NCBI RefSeq assembly: GCF_000485595.1
Contig: NW_014577071.1
Location: 881,600-945,599, forward strand
Length of the DNA stretch: 64,000 nt
Direction of reading: 5' to 3'
Source of the DNA: Priapulus caudatus
Taxonomy: Eukaryota
Shown piece after piece: positions 54,111-64,000 of this stretch (positions within the stretch are counted from its first letter, which is position 1; each line of letters opens with the position of its first letter). The notes below the pieces were generated by a model. The model saw only the letters and a list, made by a program, of their open reading frames with translations. It was not told the origin of the DNA and did not search any database. Position numbers and translations under genes: made by a program.

Positions 54111-54679
54111 TATGGTAGCACTACCCCATAACCGACCCAACTTTTTAATATCAAATCTACTACTACTACTGTAACCCTGTTTAAATTTTGCTGTTTTTTA
54201 TGGAATAAACTGAAGGAATGTCTTCATTTTAGCTGGCTGTTTAAATTTTGCTGTTTTTATGGAGAAAACTGAAAGAATGTCTTCATGTCCGCAAATTTAA
54301 AAAGGGTAACATTTAAATTTTTAGGAAATTTTACCAGAACCGCAAACAAAACAGCGGCAAATATTTGCCGGCTTACAATATGCCACAGTCGACTTTGGCC
54401 AAACATGCGGAGCACGGTTATTTGCTAGTATTAAGTATTCTACATGTGGTTTACCAATAGAAACCGATGACATACCTTGGCTTACTTGTACGCGATATCC
54501 ACCATAGGCACGCTGAAAGATTAGCACCCGATTGGTTCCTTTTGATAAACGTGAATTTCGTGAAGCGTAATTTTTAACAGACTTTGGACGCATCAGGGTA
54601 TATAAGAATCCAGTGAACTGAGCGCGAACACTACCGCCGTATATATTACGGAACGCTTGGCTCGCTATATGATAGCGAT

Positions 54680-56199
54680 ATGGATCTCCTCGCTTTGCTA
54701 GGCGGGTTACTTAACAGGAACACTCTTGCTTTGCTAGCAAGTCTTCTAGTGATTATTGTAATTCGCTATCTGGTGTTGAGACCACGAAACTGGCACCCGG
54801 GCCATGTGGCATACCGATATTTGGCTACCTCCTATCCTTATTTAGGACCGGTTATCCATGGGATATCATTTTCAAGAAAGAGAGAAAATATGGCGACATT
54901 TGGAGTATGTATCTTGGATCACAACTGGTTGTTGTGCTGCATAACTGGAAGTTGGCGAAAGAAGCGCTGATAGACCAAGCAGATCATACGTCTTTCAGAT
55001 CTATTCAGCATGGCTTAAAAGTTGCAACTGAAGGAGGCCCGGGGTTTAGTTCACGCTAACGGCCGACAATGGAAGGACATCGGAGATTCTTGTGAAATCA
55101 CTGAGGGGATTTGGTGTTGGAACAAGTCTATCGAAGAAGAGAATTATGGAAGAAGTAGATTATCTAACAACGCAGATGGCGGCGCAAACAAGGCAAGCCC
55201 TTCGGTCATTTCAACTACTTGCACTTGTGGTGTCTCGAATATTATTCTTCACGTAGTTTTTGGAAAACGATATTGACCTGGGATAACAAGGAATTGAATG
55301 TACTTATTCGAGCGTTACATGGTATGTTTCATGACCTAGAAGGTTTTGTGAACCACTGATTTACGTACCATGGTTAAGACATTTACCATTTATTCGGACG
55401 AAATATACCGAAATGGTTAACATATGGCGACTGTTATAAACTGGAGTAAGAAGCAAATAGCTGACATCGTTCCACATATGATCCAAAATGCATTGCGGGA
55501 TGTCGTCGATGACTATATCAGAGAACAAAAGGAACAGTTCAAGTTGCGCTTGGAGAAGAAAAGTACATTTACTGAGAGCCAGTTCGCAAAAAAACCCTGT
55601 CTGATCTTATTATTGCTGGCATCGAGACCTTCAGCACCACCTTTGACTGGTTCGCATTCTACATGGCTATGTGTCCCGATGTTCAGAGCAAGGTGCGTAC
55701 AGAGATTGATGAGGTAATCGGGACAAGGCTGCCAACTTACGAAGATCGTCTGAAGATGCCCTACACAGAGGCTACCTGTATGGAGCTGCAGAGGATCGGA
55801 AATATTGGCATGGCCTTGTTCATCCGTACGGTCACCAACGATGTTGAACTTAATGGTTACAATATTCCGGCAGGGTCTGCTCTGAGAGTCAATATGTACA
55901 CTATGCAGATTGATGAAGAATATTGGAAGAACCCCGATGAGCTTAATCCGGACAGATTTCTAGATGGTAGCTGTAAGGTTATGGTGAAACCGGACTCGTT
56001 TATGCCATTTTCGTTGGGTCGCAGAAACTGCATCGGCGAATCACTAGGTAAAATGGAACTATTCTTGTTCCTAACGTCCATCTTACAAAAATTCGAACTT
56101 ACGTTTCCGAAAGGTGCCCCGCTACCAACCACGGAGCACATATGTCGCGGTATTACTATGTCTCCGAAACCTTATGAGATATGCGCAACACAGAGATAG
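54680..56199 (+). pseudogene. Cytochrome P450 copy F: full length, with scattered small indels in the 5' two-thirds (may be intact in reality)
   Basis: Very similar to G. The 3' 178 codons are open with ELQR, PDRF and FSLGRRNCIG; many indels fall in homopolymers. Confidence 0.8.
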
Positions 56200-56775
56200 T
56201 TTCATAACCAATCCATATATTCAAATATGTGTTAGAATTACGACTATTGCGTTGTTCAACGCTATATGATGAATTTGCAGATTAGCAAGAAACTGATTGG
56301 TTATAATATTGATCGAGGGCGGAATCAAGCGGTTCTTGAATTAAAACATTAATATTTGGCTTTCATCGGACTAATATAGAAATAGTGCGCGCATAATAAT
56401 TAAATGTCAAGCATTACTCAGGTAGGTTAGCATGTTTTAGCTGTTAAAATTCCTGTTTCTTGTGTTATTTGTTAGTTTGTATTTGTTATTTGTAGCCAAG
56501 TAGCTTAATTATTAAGTCAGTTACTGTGATAAATTAACCTAATAGCCTGTCGTTTAACTGCGATTACAATATTAATGTGTCCAATGCTGATAATATTCCA
56601 TTGCTATCTAGCATTCATCCTTTAGTGAATCGATTTAGAAAGTCCAAAAACGTATATATATAAGACACTCAAGAAACATTTTCCATTACATGAGGAATAA
56701 TTTGATAGAAGAATAACATATACATATATGAAATACTTTGCGGTGATACTTGTCGGTAACATAATCATAATTTAA

Positions 56776-57382
56776 GGATACACTCAAGGTTTTGTGCGAC
56801 ATTTTATTGATTTTTAATTCTCATTCTATTCGATGGCTGACACTAGGTGCCAACTCGGTACATGCTTATTTCTCCATATATCGATGCATGTGAACTTTGA
56901 GAGCATTTTCATTGTTCGCGTACGTGAGTAGTGAAGTAGTGTGTGGTAATGAAAAATGTCAGTAGATGTTTCACATACGTTTACCCATTTCACACACAGG
57001 CGGTCGGTCATTGTGAAAAGTAGAAAAACGTTGATTTCTCTGCTTTGATTTCTACGGGAGTAGCCGATGTAGGAATGGATGTTTCTATGTCATCACAACT
57101 TGGAAGAATTCAATTTTACACTTTCATTTTTCATATAATATGAGGTATGGTAAATATGAGACTTGACGAAAAATTCTGCCGCGCGATTTTGGTGCATATT
57201 GTGCTTAACTTGTGGCCGAAATTCTGCTTTCACACTCTTTGTGGTAACTATAAGAAATATCCGAAATGCCATTTTTACATAAAAATTAAAAATGTGTATT
57301 GTCACATAATTAAGTGGTAAACATTTCATGTAATGTTTAGGCTTGAGCCTTAGTGCTTGAGCATGCTTGCTTAAGTGTATCA
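56776..57382. mobile_element. Kolobok-like non-autonomous element (TTAA TSD)
   Basis: TTAA|GGATACACTCAAG ... CTTAAGTGTATCA|TTAA. The paralogous spacer near 60925 has a single TTAA (ATAATTTAAGAAGAC). Confidence 0.75.
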
Positions 57383-58624
57383 TTAAGAAGACGTTACGTA
57401 ATTATCTTCATATTTATACGTAATTAGATATTGCCTTGATCTCTGCGGTATTTATCGTGCTTAATTAAATGTCTTATCAAAAAAAAAAAATTCACATCGG
57501 ATGAGAATTCCTTGTATAATGGTTTATGCACCCTATTTTCGTACTTATTTTTTATTTCATAACAGCTGACCTCTGACAGAATCGGTTTTCACGGCACGCA
57601 TAACTTCTCTTCGTTGATTTGGTCATATCGGCGGGCCAAACTCTCGCTCCGTCTACACAACGATTATACGCAACTGTGAACTAAAATGTAAAACGTTAAT
57701 TTACCTTTGCCCCGGGCTGCATTAAATACCCACTCGTCAAGAACGTGAGCAAGATAGGCGGGACGTTTTCTCGAGGCCCCGTCCGTGCAGCTCCGGACTT
57801 GCTGTGTGTGTTTAAGACGATATAAATATGTTGACTTATACGTGCAAAGAAACATAAACAGATTTATCAGCTAATGGGGCGGTTATTAAAAGTATAACGT
57901 CTAGCTTAATAGACAGAATGTAGACGAAATAGTTCGATAGCGGACCTCACTAATTATCAACTCTTAGGAAACGATCGTGCACCCTGTCATGTTGATAATG
58001 GCACATGGGCGTATGGAAATGTGCAGGAGCCATCCATTGTATTTGCAATTGTATTTGCAATTGCATAGTAAGCGATTGCACAATTTGTGCTACAGGTAGT
58101 GGCAGATATATCTGGTATATATATATATATATATATATAGTATCTGAGATCGCTATACAGTTCAGTTGGTTCGATTTCATAGCAGCCAGCGGAATGAAAT
58201 ATCATTGTATAATACTACCTATAATATGCCATTATCGGCGCAAACTCGTGCTAAATAATAAAATAGTTATAAATAACATGCTAACGACACCTTGTGGTGA
58301 GTTAGAGAGCATATATCAATGCATACATTCAGAGCCAAAACAAGGTCGTGACCTCATTGGAGCAGGTGGAAAGCGACCACCCGCCTAGAGTTTTGAAGAG
58401 AAGTAATAAACACGCTTAGGTGTATTAAACGTAAATAACCTTACATATTACATATATTAGGTATTCTACATGTGGTTTACCAATAGAACCCAATGACACG
58501 CCTTGGCTTACTTGTACACTATATCCAACCATAGGCACTTCCTGTTAAGCTGAAAGATGAGCACCGATTGGTTCCTTTTGATAAGCGTGATTTACGTTTT
58601 TTCATCAGACTTCGGACGCATCAA

Positions 58625-58733
58625 TGGTCTATAAATATCCAGTGAACTGCGCTCAAACGGGTCGCAGTATCGCCGGACTACACACTACCGACGTATATAT
58701 TACGGAACGCTTGGCTCGCCATATGATAGCAAT
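58625..58733 (+). promoter_or_regulatory. Proximal promoter module conserved among the P450 copies
   Basis: TATAAA at 58630, CCAGTGAACTGCGC, and TATATATTA ~40 nt before ATG; variants precede copies A-F. Confidence 0.55.
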
Positions 58734-60251
58734 ATGGATCTCCTCGCTTCGTTAAGTGGGTTACTTAACACGAACACTCTTGCTTTGCTAGCAAGTCTTC
58801 TAGTGATTATTGTAATTCGCTATCTGGTGGTGAGACCACGAAACCTGCCACCCGGGCCATGTGGCATACCGATATTTGGCTACCTCCTATCCTTATTTAG
58901 GACCGGTTATCCATGGGATATCATTTTCAAGAAAAGAGAGAAATATGGCGACATTTGGAGCATGTATCTTGGATCACAACTGGTTGTTGTGCTGCATAAC
59001 TGGAAGTTGGTAAAAGAAGCGCTGGTAGACCAAGGAGATCATACGTCCTACAGAGCTATTATGCATGGCTTAAATGTTGCAACCGACGGAGGCCGGGGTA
59101 TAGTTCACTCTAACGGCCGACAATGGAAGGAACATCGGAGATTCTTGCTGAAATCACTGAGGGGATTTGGTGTTGGAACAAAGTCTATCGAAGAGAGAAT
59201 TATGGAAGAAGTAGATTATCTAACAACGCAGATGGCGAAGCAACAAGGCAAGCCCTTCAGCATTTCCAACTACTTGCACTTGGTGTCTACGAATATTATT
59301 CTTCACGTAGTTTTTGGAAAACGATTTGACCTGGATAACAAGGAATTGAATGTACTTCTTCGAGCGTTACATGGTATGTTTCATGACCTAGAAGGTTTTG
59401 TGAACCCACTGATTTACGTACCATGGTTAAGACATTTACCATTTATTCGGACGAAATATACCGAAATGGTTAACCATATGACGACTGTTGTAAACTGGAG
59501 TAAGAAGCAAATAGCTGAACATCGTTCCACATATGATCCAAAATGCATGCGGGATGTCGTCGATGACTATATCAGAGAACAAAAGGAACAGTTCAAGTTG
59601 CTTGGAGAAGAAAGTACATTTACTGAGAGCCAGTTCGCAAAAACCCTGACTGATCTTATTGTTGCTGGCATCGAGACCTTCAGCACCACCTTTGACTGGT
59701 TCGCATTCTACATGGCTATGTGTCCCGATGTTCAGAGCAAGGTGCGTGCAGAGATTGATGAGGTAATCGGGACAAGTAGGCTGCCAACTTACGAAGATCG
59801 TCTGAAGATGCCCTACACAGAGGCTACATGTATGGAGCTGCAGAGGATTGGGAATATTGCCATGTCCCTGTTCCTCCGAACGGTCACCAAAGATATTGAA
59901 CTTGAAGGATACAACATTCCGGCAGGGTCGGCTCTGATAGTCAATCTGTACACTATGCAGATTGATGAAGGATATTGGAAGAACCCCGATGAGCTTAATC
60001 CGGACAGATTTATTGATGGTAGCGGTAAGGTCATCGTGAAACCAGACTCGTTTATGCCATTTTCGTTGGGTCGCAGAAACTGCATCGGCGAATCACTAGG
60101 TAAAATGGAACTATTCTTGTTTCTAACGTCCATCCTACAAAAATTCGAACTTACGTTTCCGAAAGGTGCCCCGCTACCAACCACGGAGCACATATGTCGC
60201 GGTATTACTATGGCTCCGAAACCTTATGAGATATGCGCAACACAGAGATAG
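58734..60251 (+). CDS. Cytochrome P450, clan 2 (CYP2-like), intronless, 505 aa (copy G)
   Basis: N-terminal TM anchor, PPGP hinge, WKEHR (WxxxR), AGIETFST I-helix, ELQR (ExxR), NPDRF (PERF) and FSLGRRNCIG heme loop in an uninterrupted ORF. Confidence 0.97.
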   Translation: MDLLASLSGLLNTNTLALLASLLVIIVIRYLVVRPRNLPPGPCGIPIFGYLLSLFRTGYPWDIIFKKREKYGDIWSMYLGSQLVVVLHNWKLVKEALVDQGDHTSYRAIMHGLNVATDGGRGIVHSNGRQWKEHRRFLLKSLRGFGVGTKSIEERIMEEVDYLTTQMAKQQGKPFSISNYLHLVSTNIILHVVFGKRFDLDNKELNVLLRALHGMFHDLEGFVNPLIYVPWLRHLPFIRTKYTEMVNHMTTVVNWSKKQIAEHRSTYDPKCMRDVVDDYIREQKEQFKLLGEESTFTESQFAKTLTDLIVAGIETFSTTFDWFAFYMAMCPDVQSKVRAEIDEVIGTSRLPTYEDRLKMPYTEATCMELQRIGNIAMSLFLRTVTKDIELEGYNIPAGSALIVNLYTMQIDEGYWKNPDELNPDRFIDGSGKVIVKPDSFMPFSLGRRNCIGESLGKMELFLFLTSILQKFELTFPKGAPLPTTEHICRGITMAPKPYEICATQR

Positions 60252-61166
60252 TTTCATAACCAATCCATATATGCAAATATGTGTTAGAATTACGACTACT
60301 GCGTTGTTCAATATTATATGTTGAATTTGCAGATTAGCAAGAAACTGATTTGTTATAATATTGATCGAGGGCGGAATCAAGTGTTTCTCGAATTAAAACA
60401 GTTATATGTGTTAGAAATACGACTATTGAGTTGTTCAATAATATATGCTGAATTCGCAAGTTAGCAAGTTATATTACTGATTGGATATAATATTGATCGA
60501 GGGCGGAATCAAGTGTTTTTTGAATTAAAACATTAATATTTGGCTTTCATCGGGTTTAATGAAAAAATAGTGAGCGCATAATAATTAATTGTTAAGCAGT
60601 AATCAGATTAATTGTTAGGATTCTTGTGCCTCACGTTATTTGTTGACTTCAAGGTAGTTCAATTTTTAGATAAATTATTTTGATAAATTTACCCAATTAA
60701 ATGTCATTTAATTAATACATATTTATATCAATTACAATATTTGGAAGTGTGTCTAATGCTGGTAGTATTCCATCGTTATCTAGAAGTAGTGATTAGTGGA
60801 TCGCGTTAGAAACTCTAAAAGCGTAGACATATAAGACACTGAATTAACATATTGCAATACTTGAGGAATGATTTGATCGACGGATATACTTAATATATAA
60901 ATATACGAAATACTAATAATGATAATTTAAGAAGACATTACTCATCTTTATACGTAATTAGATATTGCCTCGATCTGGGTGGTATTAAATGTACCTAATT
61001 AAATGACTTGTCGAAATTAAATAACTTTGCATTCTCCAGATGAGTATTCCATTGAGTATAGTTGAGGCATCTTATTTTCGTACTCATCTTCATTTCGTAA
61101 CATTTCTGACAGAATCGGTTTCATGAAAGAAAGGAGATGGAACGCACTAATGCAATGTTTTGATTA

Positions 61167-64000
61167 TAGTCAAGTTCATTTCGTAATTTCGTAACTTTTT
61201 GGGGGATTTGGAAACCTATACATTTTCGGAATCTGTATAGTATAGGCAATCAGAAAACCAATGTTTACAATTTGCCGGAAGCATGCATGGCGGCCATCTT
61301 GGATTTTTAAAATGGCCGCCTTCAAAATGGGCGTTTCTCAATATCTCAGCATCCAGGTAGCCTAGAGTCATAATTTTAACGGCTAAACATACATTTTCAG
61401 GGGTGAGGAAGCCAGAGGTACAAAGTAAAATAAGCTAAACATAACCACAAAGCAGATTATCATATTTATTTTATTATAATAAATTTTCTAAATGGCTTAG
61501 AACTTCTACATGTAGCAAGTCAAACCTTTAGCATGTCTAGGCAGCTTCTTGCACAACTAAACTTCAATATCATGATAGCATGACAAAATAAGTGTGATAT
61601 AGCAATATCTTTGATATATAGCAGAAACTTTACACATCATCATCATCACTGTCACTGGTCGGCAACATGTCATTCCTAGAGTCCTCATCATTCTGGCACT
61701 AAGTGCTGCACTGGCAGAGGTCTGTGCATGATAAGTTATTGGACCTGCAAGAGCATCGAGATGTTAAACAGTCTGCTCTGCACTGGCATCTCACCATCTC
61801 AATGATGGCCTTGGGGCTGGGAGGACCTCAGTTGTGATTGGTTTCACATGATCAGCTGCTGTGTCCTTGTAGAAGCCATGCTGCCGCGGATCCAGGAACT
61901 GCTGCTGAGCAATGCTTGCCTAACCCCATACTGTGGCCTGGATCTGGACTCTGTGGATGTGCTGCTTGAGAGCACCAAGGGTGGGAAGCAGCTTGTCACT
62001 TTCAGCCATATGCTTGCAGAAAAGATGCCATCGCAGCTCAGGGATGCTCGCAATCTAGATTCCCTTTGGTGCGTATGCAGCACAGACGAATGTAGCCAGC
62101 GTTGACAGCAGCTCTTCAGTGACTTCAGCGGCATCTGAAAGCATCTGCAGAGAATTGATGACTTCTCCGCCTGCTTTGAGGTAGACATGCAGCCAGGTTG
62201 CTTTGCCCATGCAAGAGAACATCCTAGTGTTGTTTGCCCCCGTAAATGCGTGGAAGGCTGGCTAAGCCTTTGCTCTTTCTGGACCTAGATCTGTCCATAT
62301 TGGCTGCACTTGGACTACTCCGGAAGCCATCGACATGGACGTGTTTCTCAGCAGAAGGTCATAATGTGCTATGACCAGCACCAGAATATCAGTGTCTGGG
62401 TTGAAGACCACCAACTCTGCATCAGGTGGGTGCCTCTGTGATGCCAGCACTGCATGGTAGATCAGCAGTGTGTCCGCCTCTTCGTGATTGTTGTCCTCGA
62501 TTAGCAGCTCGCTATTGCTCCTAATATGTCCTGCGGCAGATGCGATAACCAGCTTTGACGAGTCTTGGTTGTACTCCAAGATTTTTGCTGCCAGATACTC
62601 AGTCAGATCAGCCTTTGTTTTGACGTGGGAAAGGAACCGGCTTATTGGGATGTGCTTGATGCTGGTGTCATCTCTGATCTGATATTAGATCGGATCCTTC
62701 CCTTGTCTCCGTTTCTCTCTTGTGGTACTCTTCAGGGAATCAGCCTTGTATGTGTCAAACACCAGAATGATCTCATCACAGTCACAGACTATGTGAGAGA
62801 CATCAGTCTGGTATTGAAACATTCACTGAGGTCTTTGACTGTCACGACCGTGGCTGGTTTTTTTGTTAGCTTCTGCACGACCACCATACCGTCCACCAGT
62901 GCACTTTTTCGACTTGGATGAGGATCTTCAGTGGGTGTGCAGTCCATAGTTTCTGGATCCACTGCATCGCGCTGCAGAACACTTGCATTATGCAGCTGCT
63001 GCTGCTGATCTTCATCGGGTGGTTCTGCTGTTTCCAGCTTCTCAAGGAAGTGTATCAACTTTGCCTTGTCAATACATGGCAGCATTGTCCCGTTTGCCGC
63101 AAACAGTGCCCTCGATGTCAACGTGAACTCATAGTTGCCGATGGCTTGTTTCTGGTCGATGTCTCGCTTTGACCTGGCAAGGACCATCAGCCTTCCGTAC
63201 AGATCCTTGGTCTTCTTCAGATCTACAGTCTTGTCTCTGAGTTTCACACTCGTTTTCTTGTTGCCAGACATAAACATGTTGTTGTTGTGTTTCTTTACTG
63301 GTGCCCAGCGGCTGACGTCCCCATTGATTCGCTCTGACACGTACTCTTCATACAACTTCTGCCCAGTGACATCAATGTTCAGGATCTGTGGCACATACTC
63401 GTCTGGGATGTAGGCATGGGTGATCAGATTGTGCAGCTGGTCACCTTCAGTGGCAAATGGATTGCCATGACTTAGAATCGCAGCCTTGATCTTGTCGATT
63501 GCGTCATGCTCCATTTTGACTGCACTTGGTCTAAGGTCATGGTGCTCTGTGACCTTGCCAGCTTCCACATCAAACTGACTCTTGAACTTGCTCGACAGGC
63601 ATGACAGTTTTGATGCAGCCATGAAAAACCTCTGTCTAGCGTTGGCGTTGTTGGAGATGCCAATCAGTCCAAAGTGAACCTTCATCAGCTTGTTTAGATG
63701 TTCGCATGCGTGGTGTACACCAATGGATACAAACAGGATCTCGTTTTTGGTGACGGATATGTTTCCAGCTTTCAGTTCCCTCCAGGTATTGGGGTGGTCT
63801 GTTCTCAGGTCATACATGTCTGCGATGTACCGAGACCAGAGTCACTTGTACTTGATCCGGTCCATAGCAAAGAACATCTTGCTCAGTGCTTCTCCAGCTT
63901 CGAGATGGAGCACCAGGTCAGCGTTTCGGAATGCCGCCACGAAGAACAGGATTAATTGTCTCCACTCGGTGTAGGTAGTTTATCATTGATTTGAACATGG
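61167..64000 (-). mobile_element. Academ-type DNA transposon, degenerate, continuing past the window end
   Basis: Terminus TAGTCAAG at 61167 and GGCGGCCAT...ATGGCCGCC hairpin at ~61289-61320; encodes the protein below. Confidence 0.7.
61630..64000 (-). pseudogene. Academ-like transposase with XPG/FEN-like nuclease region and C-terminal Cys-rich (CXC) cluster; stops and frameshifts
   Basis: LHL..FFAMDR..Y*, HHACEHLNKLMK, ALVDGM, LVFDTY, NHEEADTLLIYHA, PDTDILVL, FHAFTG and CQCRADCLTSRCSCRSNNLSCTDLCQC. Confidence 0.8.

Larger units (their letters stand above)
51804..54428 (+). mobile_element. Defective Helitron carrying a helicase fragment and a minisatellite
   Basis: A|TC at 51804, imperfect 3' hairpin ACATGCGGAGCACGGT, then CTAG|T. 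The joined flanks (ACGTA^TATTAAGTATTC) match paralog ACATA TATTAGGTATTC at ~58450. Confidence 0.75.

Noticed and set aside
59813..60193. Antisense ORFs recurring over P450 3' ends (also 42550, 50485, 55857)
   Set aside because: Shadow frames of the P450 CDS, recurring only because the gene is duplicated.

Overview
Eukaryotic, microsatellite-rich, invertebrate-like genomic DNA from a partly unpolished long-read/gap-filled assembly (three N gaps, many indels). 1-28 kb: a ~13.8-kb block present twice, possibly an assembly artefact. It holds compound microsatellites and several exon-like islands of an unidentified + strand gene. 28-33.5 kb: MITE/foldback-type elements. 33.8-60.3 kb: a head-to-tail array of seven intronless clan-2 cytochrome P450 copies (A-G). 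Only G (58734-60251, 505 aa) is an intact ORF. The others are broken by a shared nonsense codon, deletions, frameshifts, an assembly gap, or Harbinger and Helitron insertions. Comparing paralogous spacers gives exact empty/filled sites for several small DNA transposons (MULE-, Kolobok-, Crypton- and Helitron-like). Paralog differences concentrate in P450 substrate-recognition sites, and there is an apparent 52-nt gene-conversion tract. 61.2-64 kb: a degenerate Academ-type transposase/XPG-nuclease/Cys-cluster gene. I see no clearly new biological system. The best leads are the P450 birth-and-death array, the cryptic multi-exon gene and the foldback element.
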